This document shows positions 47,935-58,920 of a stretch of 64,000 nucleotides of DNA, in pieces. The notes under the pieces were generated by a model. That model did no database searches and was not told where the DNA came from. It worked only from the letters and a program-made list of their open reading frames with translations. The position numbers and the translations under genes were made by a program. Source of the stretch: Cyanophora paradoxa CCMP329 (lineage: Eukaryota > Plantae > Glaucophyta); contig QPMI01000048.1 in NCBI GenBank assembly GCA_004431415.1, positions 186,001-250,000 of the forward strand, given 5' to 3'. Position 1 is the first letter of the stretch; every line of letters starts with the position of its first letter.

Positions 47935-50900
47935 CTACGACCAATAGGGGGCGTATCCCGGCGTTCCGGCGGGAACGAGCTCCGGGGCCGCCCCAACGAT
48001 CACGTCGAACTTCTCCTTCTCGATTGACTCGTACAGCCAGGCGCCAACCTGTTCGAAATTGAGCGAATCATTAGATTCGCTCGTAATTAATATATAGAAT
48101 GGCCTGGCCATGAGAGATGCGAAATTTAAATACACAAAAACGAAGGCCGACGCACGAGGGCCGAGTACTCGGGCAGGGTGCGGGCGAGGAAGCCGAAGAA
48201 GCCGACCGCATCGGGGACGGGCAGGGCGCTCCCGATGAGCGCGACGATGGTGCGCCACTCCGGCAGAGGCGTGACCCCCCAGGCTCGCTTCAGCAGGTCG
48301 GCCGCCAGTGCGTTGTTCCCGACCTGGAGGAGTGCAGTGAGCAGGGAATTTATATTTATATATACAATTACTCCCAAGCTTACAGTATTCGCGAGGCCAG
48401 CAGCTGCGCTGTTTCTGTGCTGATTCAAGACTTCCGATAGTCTTTGGAGCGAAATGGCCGCATTCTGATGGATATATTAGTACCAGCATAATTCTGATGG
48501 CGAGAAGGGCAAACCTTTGTCAGTTCCCGGCGCGTGTCGCTGCCTCCTCCGCACGCAATGGCGGAGTTCACTGCGCTCAGAGCCCTTTGCACGCGTGCGC
48601 GAAAACGACAATCAGCAGTGCGAACAACAAAGTAAAATATTACGTAAGAATCCACTCACGAGGAAGCCATCTCGAGGTCGACTCTGCGCTCAGTTGCGAG
48701 ATCCGCAGCTGCGCGTGGGTACAAGGATGCAGCCACTGGTCCGTAAACCTGCCGCGGCATAAAAGTTTCAGCCAGATAATGGACGTCCAGCTGCAGTTTC
48801 GATGGGCCTCATTGTATGTGATTATGAGCACCATCTCATTGAGAGATTATGACTCAGTGAGCACCATCTCGTTGAGCGATATCGATGACATTATAAATTC
48901 AAATTCATGATCACTGTCAAGCAACGTAGACTTAGACTCACCAGATCTTCCTGCTTCAGATTCTCGCGGAGGAGGGTGCAGAGATCTTCCAGATTCGCCC
49001 GAGCGTCGTTCAACTGCAGGCCGGGGTTCTCATGGCTTCTGCAAATCCAAACGCGAGCAAGAATCAAAAATGAAGCTCTTGAAACGTGCTTCAATAATAA
49101 TCACGCACAGTTTCTGAGACACATGGGCCGCGACAAGAGAGGCTGCGTGAAGCTCGGCCGACGGCAGCGTCGCCACGGGTTGGGTGATCGCTGGCGCGAG
49201 ATCGAAGAAAATCTGCATTAAAATGTATATTCATATCTTATTTCAGCTTTGGAATTGCAAGGTTTCTAGTAATTTTGAGTTCGAACCCTTTCATTCTTGA
49301 AGAAGTAGTATGCGGAGAAAGCGAAGACAAGGAAGGTTGCGACGGAGGCGATAATGAGAGTCGCCGCGGCCATGGCCTTCGTGAGATTCGTGTTGACCCA
49401 TCCGTGGTAGCTCTGGTGCGGGAAATGCAATATATACGTCGGCACTCAAATTCCAATAGCGGTTATAATAAAAGCTTCGTGCACGCACGATGGTAGTAAT
49501 AGACACGCAGTTCAAAGGGAAGATGTAGATGTAGTAAAGGCGGTTGAAGGGCCGCTTCCAGATTGGGTTCCTTTCGGCACATTAATATCAGGAAGGGCTA
49601 ATTATAACGAATTCGAAGGCGAGCAACTCACCGAAGCTCAAGCAAGATGCAGAAGAAGAAGAAAGTCATGGCAACCCAGTAGAAGACTTGGCCGCCAGCG
49701 TTCCTGTAAGTGATACATCCGACGTTAACATTCATAAAACCAACATTAATCAGCGAAGACATTGCGCAGCTCACCAGTTGAAGAGACCTACAATTCCCGA
49801 CTGCCATGGGTTTTTATACACCGGAGAGGTCAGCGAAGCCAACGTTGAGTGGAACTCCGCTGTGCCTGGAAGGCCGGGCGCCGTCAAAACGTTCCAGGCG
49901 ACGCATAAAACGGCCGGATTCTGAAATCAACCCCGATCGAAAAGACATCATCAGTATCCTTCAGACGTAATCGAGAGCTGCAGCCTACAAATGACGCACA
50001 GCAATGAAAACGTAGGCAGAAGGCAGAGGCCCGAGCGGGTTGTTCCCAAAGAAGTGCTTGTAAGCAAGCAGCGTCATTCTGTACGGGAACAAATAAGAAA
50101 AGTGCTATCATACGCTTTGCATATATAATATTAATCGTTTGCGTATAATTACGTACATGATAGTCCAGTTGAAGAGGCCTGCGTGAGAGCATAATATCAG
50201 CAACACCGAAGCAAAGAACAGACAAACTCTAAGAGAAAAAGACAGCAGACCGAAGGAGAAGAAAAGCCATGCCGCGAGGTTGTACTCGGGCCCCGCTATT
50301 CCGAACGCGGCGGCCCCGAGCGTGTCAGCCGCAAAGGGCAGAAGCCAGGTTACGTTGAGCGAGCCGATGCCCTGCGCATGCGACGAGTTTGATCGATCGC
50401 GAACTACCGGAAGCGTACATTTAAAATGTGTACAGCGCACATGAGGGCGGGTGAACCAGCGGTAGTAGGTCAACAGGGTTGCGATGATCTGCATCGGTCC
50501 CGCGATCCACTGCTCCCGACAAGGAATGTTATCATTCTACAACGAAGAGTATGAATGCATGCGCACGAAGATGGCCTTGGTGGCATCGTCAGAAGCCTTC
50601 GTGCCCGTGAGGGACTTGGGGAAAGAGGCCATGACTCCAAGCGCGTTCGGATAGGGAAGGCTGTCCGGAGATGAAAAGAAGCGTGCAGCTGCGCATATGC
50701 GCGCGCAAGCGTGAGTTCTCGCATTCTCACGCGATTCCTTAAAATAGGTTACCGATGACATAGCAGTACATCGTCGCAGGGAACAGCACGAAGCTGCGGA
50801 TCACGCGAATCAATCGTGATGTCACAATATTAATATTGATTTACGACGGCGAGAATCGAAACTAAAGCAGACCAGTGACCGACAAATGGGATTCCGAACT

Positions 50901-52030
50901 CGAACCACAGTTGCTTGGGCCCGTACACAACCGCCTGTCGCACTTTTGGTGAGCGATCGCTTTAATTCGCACTAATTATATATTATAACTTAGTAATTTA
51001 ATTTGAGCGTTGTTTCTGTTAGCGTTGCGCATGCGCATGCGGACCTTTGCGATGTGGAGAGCGAGGACAACCAGGAACACGACCATGGAGACGAACATGA
51101 TCGTCTGCCACACCCAAGTGCCTGCCGTTCTCGTACGCGTCAATACTCATGTTTAATTTATAATTACTTCAACCATCCAAATTTGAATACAAAGCGCGCA
51201 CTCCATTCTCCGGGAGCAGCACCGGCGTTCAGGGCCGCGTTCGTGACCACCCCCGGCAGAGATCCAGGCTGCGTGAAAGGGAGAATCACCGCCCCGAAAG
51301 GAGATAAGTTTATAATTGATCATAAATCGCCATGGCCAGGCATGTACCTTTGTCGTGTCGGGGTTCAAAGGCGTGAGCGTTGAGTCGGGGTCGCAGAACA
51401 AGAAGACGCGGGCCATTAGCCTGCCGCAAAGTTAATTTATAATCTGGTGAACAAGGCATCCATATATATTTGCACGGCTTAGGCGTGCGCACCACGTGAG
51501 TCCGCAAGCGGCGAGTCCGATGACATCGATCCAGTGAGTGAAGTTGACGTACTGATCACGATCGATCGATCGATCAGGGAAACAATTGCCAAGGAGTCCA
51601 TCGTGGCACCAGCGAACCTTCACGGCGTTTCCGATGATTCCGAGATTTCCGGCGGGCGGAGGCGCCTGGAGGTACACGGGCTGCACCAGCGGTCGCCCGC
51701 GCACGGCGAACGCCGGACGGTCGCGCGCTTGGACGCGGGCCTTGTGCTCTCCGTCCGCAAGAATCGAGCCATCTCCCTCCTTCATAACGACGACGTCCAC
51801 GTGCCTGCAGGTGCCAGCGGATTTCAGTTCACGGATAAGCGCGCGCGATCGGGATATTTAATCATGCGCGCGGCCGCGGGCTAGGCATTGCAAGTGTACG
51901 TGTGCCGCGTTCGAGGGCCGATCCGCCGCGGCCCTTATAAAAATATCAATTTGAGATTGTTGGCGCATGCGCACCGGTCCTCGCTTGGATCGGCGGGTCG
52001 TCCGAGTGCCGGAATTATGCGCGCCATCAT
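47935..52030 (-). CDS. SLAC1/TDT-family anion channel with C-terminal hemerythrin-like domain
   Basis: About 10 TM segments with SLAC1-like motifs: FTHWIDVIGLAACGLTW, QLWFEFGIPF, YYRWFTRP-HGIGSLNVTWLLP, WLFFSFGL, NPAVLCVAW, F.RLYYIYIFPL (compare WWAYTFP). A soluble helical C-terminal domain follows. Confidence 0.8.
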
Positions 52031-52534
52031 CTTCAGAGCTGCGATTGCCGAGGCGTCCGTTCGCGACGTGTCAGCTTAAATTTGATTTTCGCGGCCACAT
52101 TTGACGGCGTTCATAATGCTCGCGCGTCTTTAAGACTCTGGGGTCCGGCGCCGACTCGGCGATCATCAGATATCGATCGGATCGCCGAGTCGCGAAAACG
52201 TTAAAAAGTAGTAGTGCGCGCGCGCGCTTTAACAGTAATTGTGTGCGCGCGCGCATTCGCGCTCAACTTCAGGACTCGCACCTTAAAGACAGGCCTAGAT
52301 GCCGCAGTGCAGCTGCAGCAGCTAGCTCAGAGTGCTGCTAGTCGATATCTCAGCAGCAGCAGCAGCTGAGATTTGTCAAAGCCGACTGGTGCGATGGAGC
52401 GCCAGCTCCCACCTGGATCTGCTAACTGCAGGCCTTTTAGATTTGCTGCAGGCGACGCGCGCGCGTCCGCCGTCCGCGCGCAGTGATCGCAGGATCAAAT
52501 CCCCACTCGCCGGAAGTCCGACTAAGTTCACTGA

Positions 52535-52577
52535 TGAGTCACGTTCAACGGTTGACTCAGGGTTGACTCACGAGTCA
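52535..52577. promoter_or_regulatory. Cluster of TGA(G/C)TCA (AP-1/GCN4-like) sites upstream of the SLAC1-like gene
   Basis: TGAGTCA 52535, TGACTCA 52553 and 52564, near-match CGAGTCA 52571. Confidence 0.4.
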
Positions 52578-53591
52578 CGAAACGTCGACGTCTAGGCAAC
52601 TTAAGGCAAGAAGGACAAGTTGCCTCTACCGCCGAGACTACCGCAGTCTACCGGTATATTACTGAAGTTAGCCGCTGAGCGAATGCTCCGCGCTTCTTAA
52701 AAAAAAATCAAAACTGCAGGGGCGCCTCGACGGCGCCGGCGAGGCCGGGCGAGCTCGATCCGATGATCGCGAGTCGCGATCGTCAGCGAGTCGTCAGCGA
52801 GTCGACGGCAAGTGGACGCATGCGCACGAAGCGTAAGAAAAAATAATCAAGCTGTGACGCACGAAGCCAGCGTCGACGTCACGAAGCCGGCAATTGCAGG
52901 AAATTACGAGCTAGCTCTAGCACTAGCTATAGCTATAGCACTCGTACCCATGCGGCTCTGGCCACCGGCGCGGGCCGGGCGGGCGCGCGGGGCCCGGGGC
53001 GGGGCCGGGGAACGTCCATTAATATTTGAATTCGGCATGCGCAGCTGGCGGTCGCGCCCTCATGATCATGATCATGATCATCGACGCCGCCGTCGCCAAC
53101 GTCTCCGTCCGCCGACGCCCCCGGGCGCGGCCTTCGGCCTCGTTCCTCCTAGGCCGCGCCTGCAGCCCCGGGCCCGCCCCGCCGGGCGCCCGGGCCCCCC
53201 TCCCTTCTCAACGCTTGCCGTAGCGCAGCCGTACGTATACGAGAGCCTGCCGGCGCCCCTCCCGTAGGCCTAGCTAGGCGCCGGCGTCTGCGCATGCGCA
53301 TATATACAGTGCACGTGCCGCAGTGCACGTACGCGTGCCCTGGGTGCACACAGAAGCTGTCCCGGGTGTCGGTGCAATCGGTAAGCTTTAAGGCACGAGC
53401 AACGGACGTAGCTCCTTGAAGCAACGCAGCATTAATATTATACACAGCTAGTACTATAGCTACGGGGTTGGATTTGTAATTGTACAAGGTCTTCGACTCT
53501 CCCCCGCCCCCTGCTCGTCTCAGGATGTGCAAGGTGGGGTCTAAATAAACAAACAAAGACCGCCTGGAAAGGTGGGGTCTAAATAGACAAA

Positions 53592-53629
53592 CCTAGTGAG
53601 CGCTAGCTACGTAGCTAGCGCTCACTAGG
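53592..53629. other. Perfect 38-bp palindrome (second copy 57787-57824)
   Basis: cctagtgagcgctagctac|gtagctagcgctcactagg. Confidence 0.9.
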
Positions 53630-53744
53630 CGTATTCATAGTTAGCGGCCGGCCGATCTCAATAGCTTGCAGCAGCGAAATTGAAAAGGAACAAAAAGCCC
53701 TGCGCACCGCTGCCCGCCCCGCGTCCCGAGTCCGCTTTCTAGAA

Positions 53745-56184
53745 CTACGGGCTCGTGAGGATGCGAGCCGCCGGGAGGGCGCGCGCGACGGCCGCCCACA
53801 CGCCGAGGCGGAACGCGTGGCCGGCGGCCTCCTCCTCCACGATGTACATGTTCGTGGAATCGTACGGGCGCAAGGCGCGAAGCCGGATCTGCCATCGATG
53901 TCAATTCTAGATTTTAAGCCTGCTGCTTATAAACTAAATATAAATTCTAGATCAATTCTTAAGCCTAGGCCTGCTGCACGTGCATCCGCTGCTTAAAGCT
54001 TAGGGGCAGCCGGCGATCGAGGGCGCACCTCGAGCCCCCCCGAGCAGCTGCAGCCGGCGAAGGCGGAGAGGCCGTCCGCCCAGCCGCCCCGCGCCGCCTC
54101 CTCGCTCACGTCGACCACGAGCAGGAGCCTGCGCCGTGCCCGCGCGCCGCGAAAGTAGTTAGGAGCGATGCAGGAAATATAGCTAGGAACAATATATGAA
54201 GACAGGAAGGAGTAGTATATGTGCCCGCGCGCCGCGAAAGTAGTTAGGAGCGATGCAGGATAGCTAGGAGCAACATATGTATGATTCCAGGCTTTAGATA
54301 GCGAAGGCTTTACGTTAGATTCCGGCGAGGACGGATACATACGCACTTGCGGAGCAATATAGCTAGAATATATAGGTAGGAGATCGGACGGAGCAATACG
54401 AGGACGGATGCAGAATATATAGCTAGGAACAATATAGATTCCAATCCAGGCTTTAGGAACGATGGACGAGATACGCACTTGCGGAGCGGGGCGTCGGAGC
54501 TCGAGAGCGCGGCGGCGGCCTCCGCGGGGCGGCCGGGCCGCAGGTCGACGGGCAGCTCGAGCGAGAGCTGCCCGCGGGCCGCCCGCGCCAGCGCCGAGAG
54601 GCCAGCGAGCGCGTTCGCCTCCGGCGGCGCCGCCTCTGCCGCGTCCGCTTTACGTAATAAGCTTAAGGGTCGGGGGCGGACCGCGGCGCGGGGGGGGGGG
54701 GGGGGGGGGCGGACCGAAGATCAGGGTGAGGGCCGGGGGCGACGACGACGGCCTGGGGTAGGCCGCGAGGGCCCCCGCGAGGCCCTCGAGGGCCCCGGCG
54801 AGCGCCGCGCCGTCCCGCTCGAGCTCACGGCTGAGGCGCAGCGTACCCAGCCCCCGCAGCGCCGGGGGGAGCCGAAGGGCGTCCAAGTCCGCCCGGTCCA
54901 CCTCGGGGCCGAGCTGCGGGGCGCGGGGGCGGGGGGTACCGTTAGGGCGCGTTGTAAGTTTGGAGGGTGGGGGTACGGGCGGACCGTCAAGGACCCGCTG
55001 AGGAGCTCGAGCGCGGCGAGGCGAGGGAGGGCGCGCAGGGCGGCGGCGGAGAGCCGTCCCTCGAAGCAGAGCCTGGCCATGGGGCGGAGTCGGCCGAGAT
55101 CTTTTGCGAGGCCCGGGGTACGGCACGGACTCTTTGAGGGAGAGGGCGGCGGGTCCGGCGGCGAGGCCCTCGAGGAGCGGGCCAGCATCCGGGCAGTGAG
55201 GCCGGCCGGCCGAGCCGCCGCCGCTCCTGGCCTTCAGGTACTCCAGGGAGGCCGCGCCCGAGAGGCCGCCGGCCGCCTCGAAGCCGCCCAAGGTGATCCC
55301 CAGCTGCGCGGCCCCGCGTGAACATCTGAAGGGGGAAGGCGGGGGTGGGGGTGGGGGGGGGGTTGAGGGGGCCGGGGTACTGTGCTGGGGCGCACCCGCT
55401 TGAGGTGGGGGAGGGACCGGCCGACGGCGTCCGCGGCGGCCCGGTCGACGTACCAGCAGCGGGGGAGGGCGAAAACCTCCAGGTTCGACAGGGGGCGAAG
55501 GCGGGGCTCCAGGGGGAAGGGCACGCCCCCGGAGCCGTTCGCGAAGTGACAGAGCAGCTTAAAGCTGCGGAGCGCCGGGCAGGCGGCGGCGCCCGCGGCC
55601 GGAGGCACGAGGGCGAGGAGCAGCGCCTCCAGAGCGGCGGCGGCGTCGCCCACGAGGTAGACGCACTCGATGGCGACTTCGCCGAGGCCGCCGCTCGCCG
55701 CCGCGACGCACGCCGCGACGAGGGCGACCGCCGTCTGGAACCAGTCGGCCCAGTCTTCCGCGAGCGACGCCTTCGCGTACGCTTCGGAGCCCATCTCCAC
55801 GCGCAGCGACGCGCCAGGGGCGACGCGGACCCACCGCCGTCTGGCGCCGACGGCGGGATCTCCCTCGGGCTCCTCGACGCCAACTGCGGGATATCGATCG
55901 ACGAGGAGCTTCACGAGCCGCTCTGGGCGCATGAGGCCCTTGCCGACTACGTCGAGCCGCCGCCACTGGATCGCCTCGACGGCCTCCCGCCAGCTCCTGC
56001 AGACCGCGCGCGCCGCGGCCGCGTGCTGCAGGCCCAAGAACTGCAGGACCTCCGAGAGTACGCCGTCCGGGAGCCGATCGAATGCGAAGGGCGCTGCTTC
56101 TGGTGCATGTAAACCCGTATGCGAAGCCGCAGCGCTAGCTGCAGCTGTTTGTGCGCTGACGTTCTCGGGCGCGTCATCGCTCAT
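53745..56184 (-). CDS. F-box protein with LRR-like C-terminus, copy 1
   Basis: FDRLPDGVLSEVLQFLGLQHAAAARAVCRSWRE (F-box); CPALRSFKL, LSNLEVFAL, SLPHLKR; last exon ...RILTSP*. Confidence 0.85.
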
Positions 56185-56517
56185 CGCCTCTGAGCTCGTG
56201 CCCTCGGCTGGAGAACCGAACGCAGCTGAGCTGTGCGGGGATCGCGCGCCTGGGTCGAGGCTTCCGGCAATCCGTCCTGGGCCTTATGCAGCGCTGTACC
56301 CCATAGAGAGACCACCAGTCACCCGCCGCTCGCTCGCCGGCCGCCGCTCAGGCATTCCAAGGCATCCAAGCCCGCATTCCAACTTCGGAGGCCCCGCTTT
56401 CAATCAGCCCGCTTGCCCGAGTGCTCGGCGCACAGCGCAAACCACTTCCAGCCAGGCCCCAGCTCGTCTGTTCCAGCCCGCTCTTAGCGGGCTTCTTAGC
56501 TCTGTCTTTCGCACTGC

Positions 56518-57047
56518 ATGGCGGACGAAGACGAGCCGGAAAGCTCGTGCTTGATGCCGCCGTCGACCTCCGCACCCGCGCCGCTCGTCTCCGAGAAGCC
56601 GAACTCGGAGCTCGCGGCACAGCTCGGCGTCTACACGCCGCTGCCGTCGACCTCGGCACCGTGCGCCGGGCCGGCGAGGAGCCCGCCGGGCTGCCTTCGA
56701 GCCTCACCTCGCCCGCTCGCCCGCCGCCGAGCGCAGGAACCTCGCGCTTGGCAAGCCCGTCATAGCATCCACATCTGCAGCGGGCGGAGGGCCCTGGCTC
56801 GCCGTAGGCGCGCCCGCCCGCGAAAGCTCGGCGCTTCTAGTCTGACGCGCCGCCGGCGCTCTCCGCAGACGGGCGCGGCAAAGATGGGGGCTACGCGGAC
56901 GAAAAGGGCTTTCCAACGGGGTACCACAGCAACGGCGTTGAGAACGTTCCCTGGTGGCAGGTGCGAGGGGTCCCGCCCCCTCCCGCGCCCAGCGCCAGCC
57001 CGTCTCCGCCGCACTCGCTGACGCCCGCCGCCCCGCGGCTCGCCTGC
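56518..57047 (+). pseudogene. 3'-truncated copy (exons 1-3) of the F-type lectin-domain gene
   Basis: Identical to 60729-61258 but cut at the duplication junction, two bases before the intron-3 acceptor AG is complete. Confidence 0.75.
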
Positions 57048-58881
57048 TGTGACGCACGAAGCCAGCGTCGACGTCACGAAGCCGGCAATTGCAGGAAATT
57101 ACGAGCTAGCTCTAGCACTAGCTATAGCTATAGCACTCGTACCCATGCGGCTCTGGCCACCGGCGCGGGCCGGGCGGGCGCGCGGGGCCCGGGGCGGGGC
57201 CGGGGAACGTCCATTAATATTTGAATTCGGCATGCGCAGCTGGCGGTCGCGCCCTCATGATCATGATCATGATCATCGACGCCGCCGTCGCCAACGTCTC
57301 CGTCCGCCGACGCCCCCGGGCGCGGCCTTCGGCCTCGTTCCTCCTAGGCCGCGCCTGCAGCCCCGGGCCCGCCCCGCCGGGCGCCCGGGCCCCCCTCCCT
57401 TCTCAACGCTTGCCGTAGCGCAGCCGTACGTATACGAGAGCCTGCCGGCGCCCCTCCCGTAGGCCTAGCTAGGCGCCGGCGTCTGCGCATGCGCATATAT
57501 ACAGTGCACGTGCCGCAGTGCACGTACGCGTGCCCTGGGTGCACACAGAAGCTGTCCCGGGTGTCGGTGCAATCGGTAAGCTTTAAGGCACGAGCAACGG
57601 ACGTAGCTCCTTGAAGCAACGCAGCATTAATATTATACACAGCTAGTACTATAGCTACGGGGTTGGATTTGTAATTGTACAAGGTCTTCGACTCTCCCCC
57701 GCCCCCTGCTCGTCTCAGGATGTGCAAGGTGGGGTCTAAATAAACAAACAAAGACCGCCTGGAAAGGTGGGGTCTAAATAAACAAACCTAGTGAGCGCTA
57801 GCTACGTAGCTAGCGCTCACTAGGCGTATTCATAGTTAGCGGCCGGCCGATCTCAATAGCTTGCAGCAGCGAAATTGAAAAGGAACAAAAAGCCCTGCGC
57901 ACCGCTGCCCGCCCGCGTCCCGAGTCCGCTTTCTAGAACTACGGGCTCGTGAGGATGCGAGCCGCCGGGAGGGCGCGCGCGACGGCCGCCCACACGCCGA
58001 GGCGGAACGCGTGGCCGGCGGCCTCCTCCTCCACGATGTACATGTTCGTGGAATCGTACGGGCGCAAGGCGCGAAGCCGGATCTGCCATCGATGTCAATT
58101 CTAGATTTTAAGCCTGCTGCTTATAAACTAAATATAAATTCTAGATCAATTCTTAAGCCTAGGCCTGCTGCACGTGCATCCGCTGCTTAAAGCTTAGGGG
58201 CAGCCGGCGATCGAGGGCGCACCTCGAGCCCCCCCGAGCAGCTGCAGCCGGCGAAGGCGGAGAGGCCGTCCGCCCAGCCGCCCCGCGCCGCCTCCTCGCT
58301 CACGTCGACCACGAGCAGGAGCCTGCGCCGTGCCCGCGCGCCGCGAAAGTAGTTAGGAGCGATGCAGGAAATATAGCTAGGAACAATATATGAAGACAGG
58401 AAGGAGTAGTATATGTGCCCGCGCGCCGCGAAAGTAGTTAGGAGCGATGCAGGATAGCTAGGAGCAACATATGTATGATTCCAGGCTTTAGATAGCGAAG
58501 GCTTTACGTTAGATTCCGGCGAGGACGGATACATACGCACTTGCGGAGCAATATAGCTAGAATATATAGTAGGAGATCGGACGGAGCAATACGAGGACGG
58601 ATGCAGAATATATAGCTAGGAACAATATAGATTCCAATCCAGGCTTTAGGAACGATGAACGAGATACGCACTTGCGGAGCGGGGCGTCGGAGCTCGAGAG
58701 CGCGGCGGCGGCCTCCGCGGGGCGGCCGGGCCGCAGGTCGACGGGCAGCTCGAGCGAGAGCTGCCCGCGGGCCGCCCGCGCCAGCGCCGAGAGGCCAGCG
58801 AGCGCGTTCGCCTCCGGCGGCGCCGCCTCTGCCGCGTCCGCTTTACGTAATAAGCTTAAGGGTCGGGGGCGGACCGCGGCG

Positions 58882-58920
<39 letters not shown>

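Larger units (their letters stand above)
52851..57047. repeat. Tandem segmental duplication, copy 1 (~4.2 kb)
   Basis: Near-identical to 57046-61258. Confidence 0.95.
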
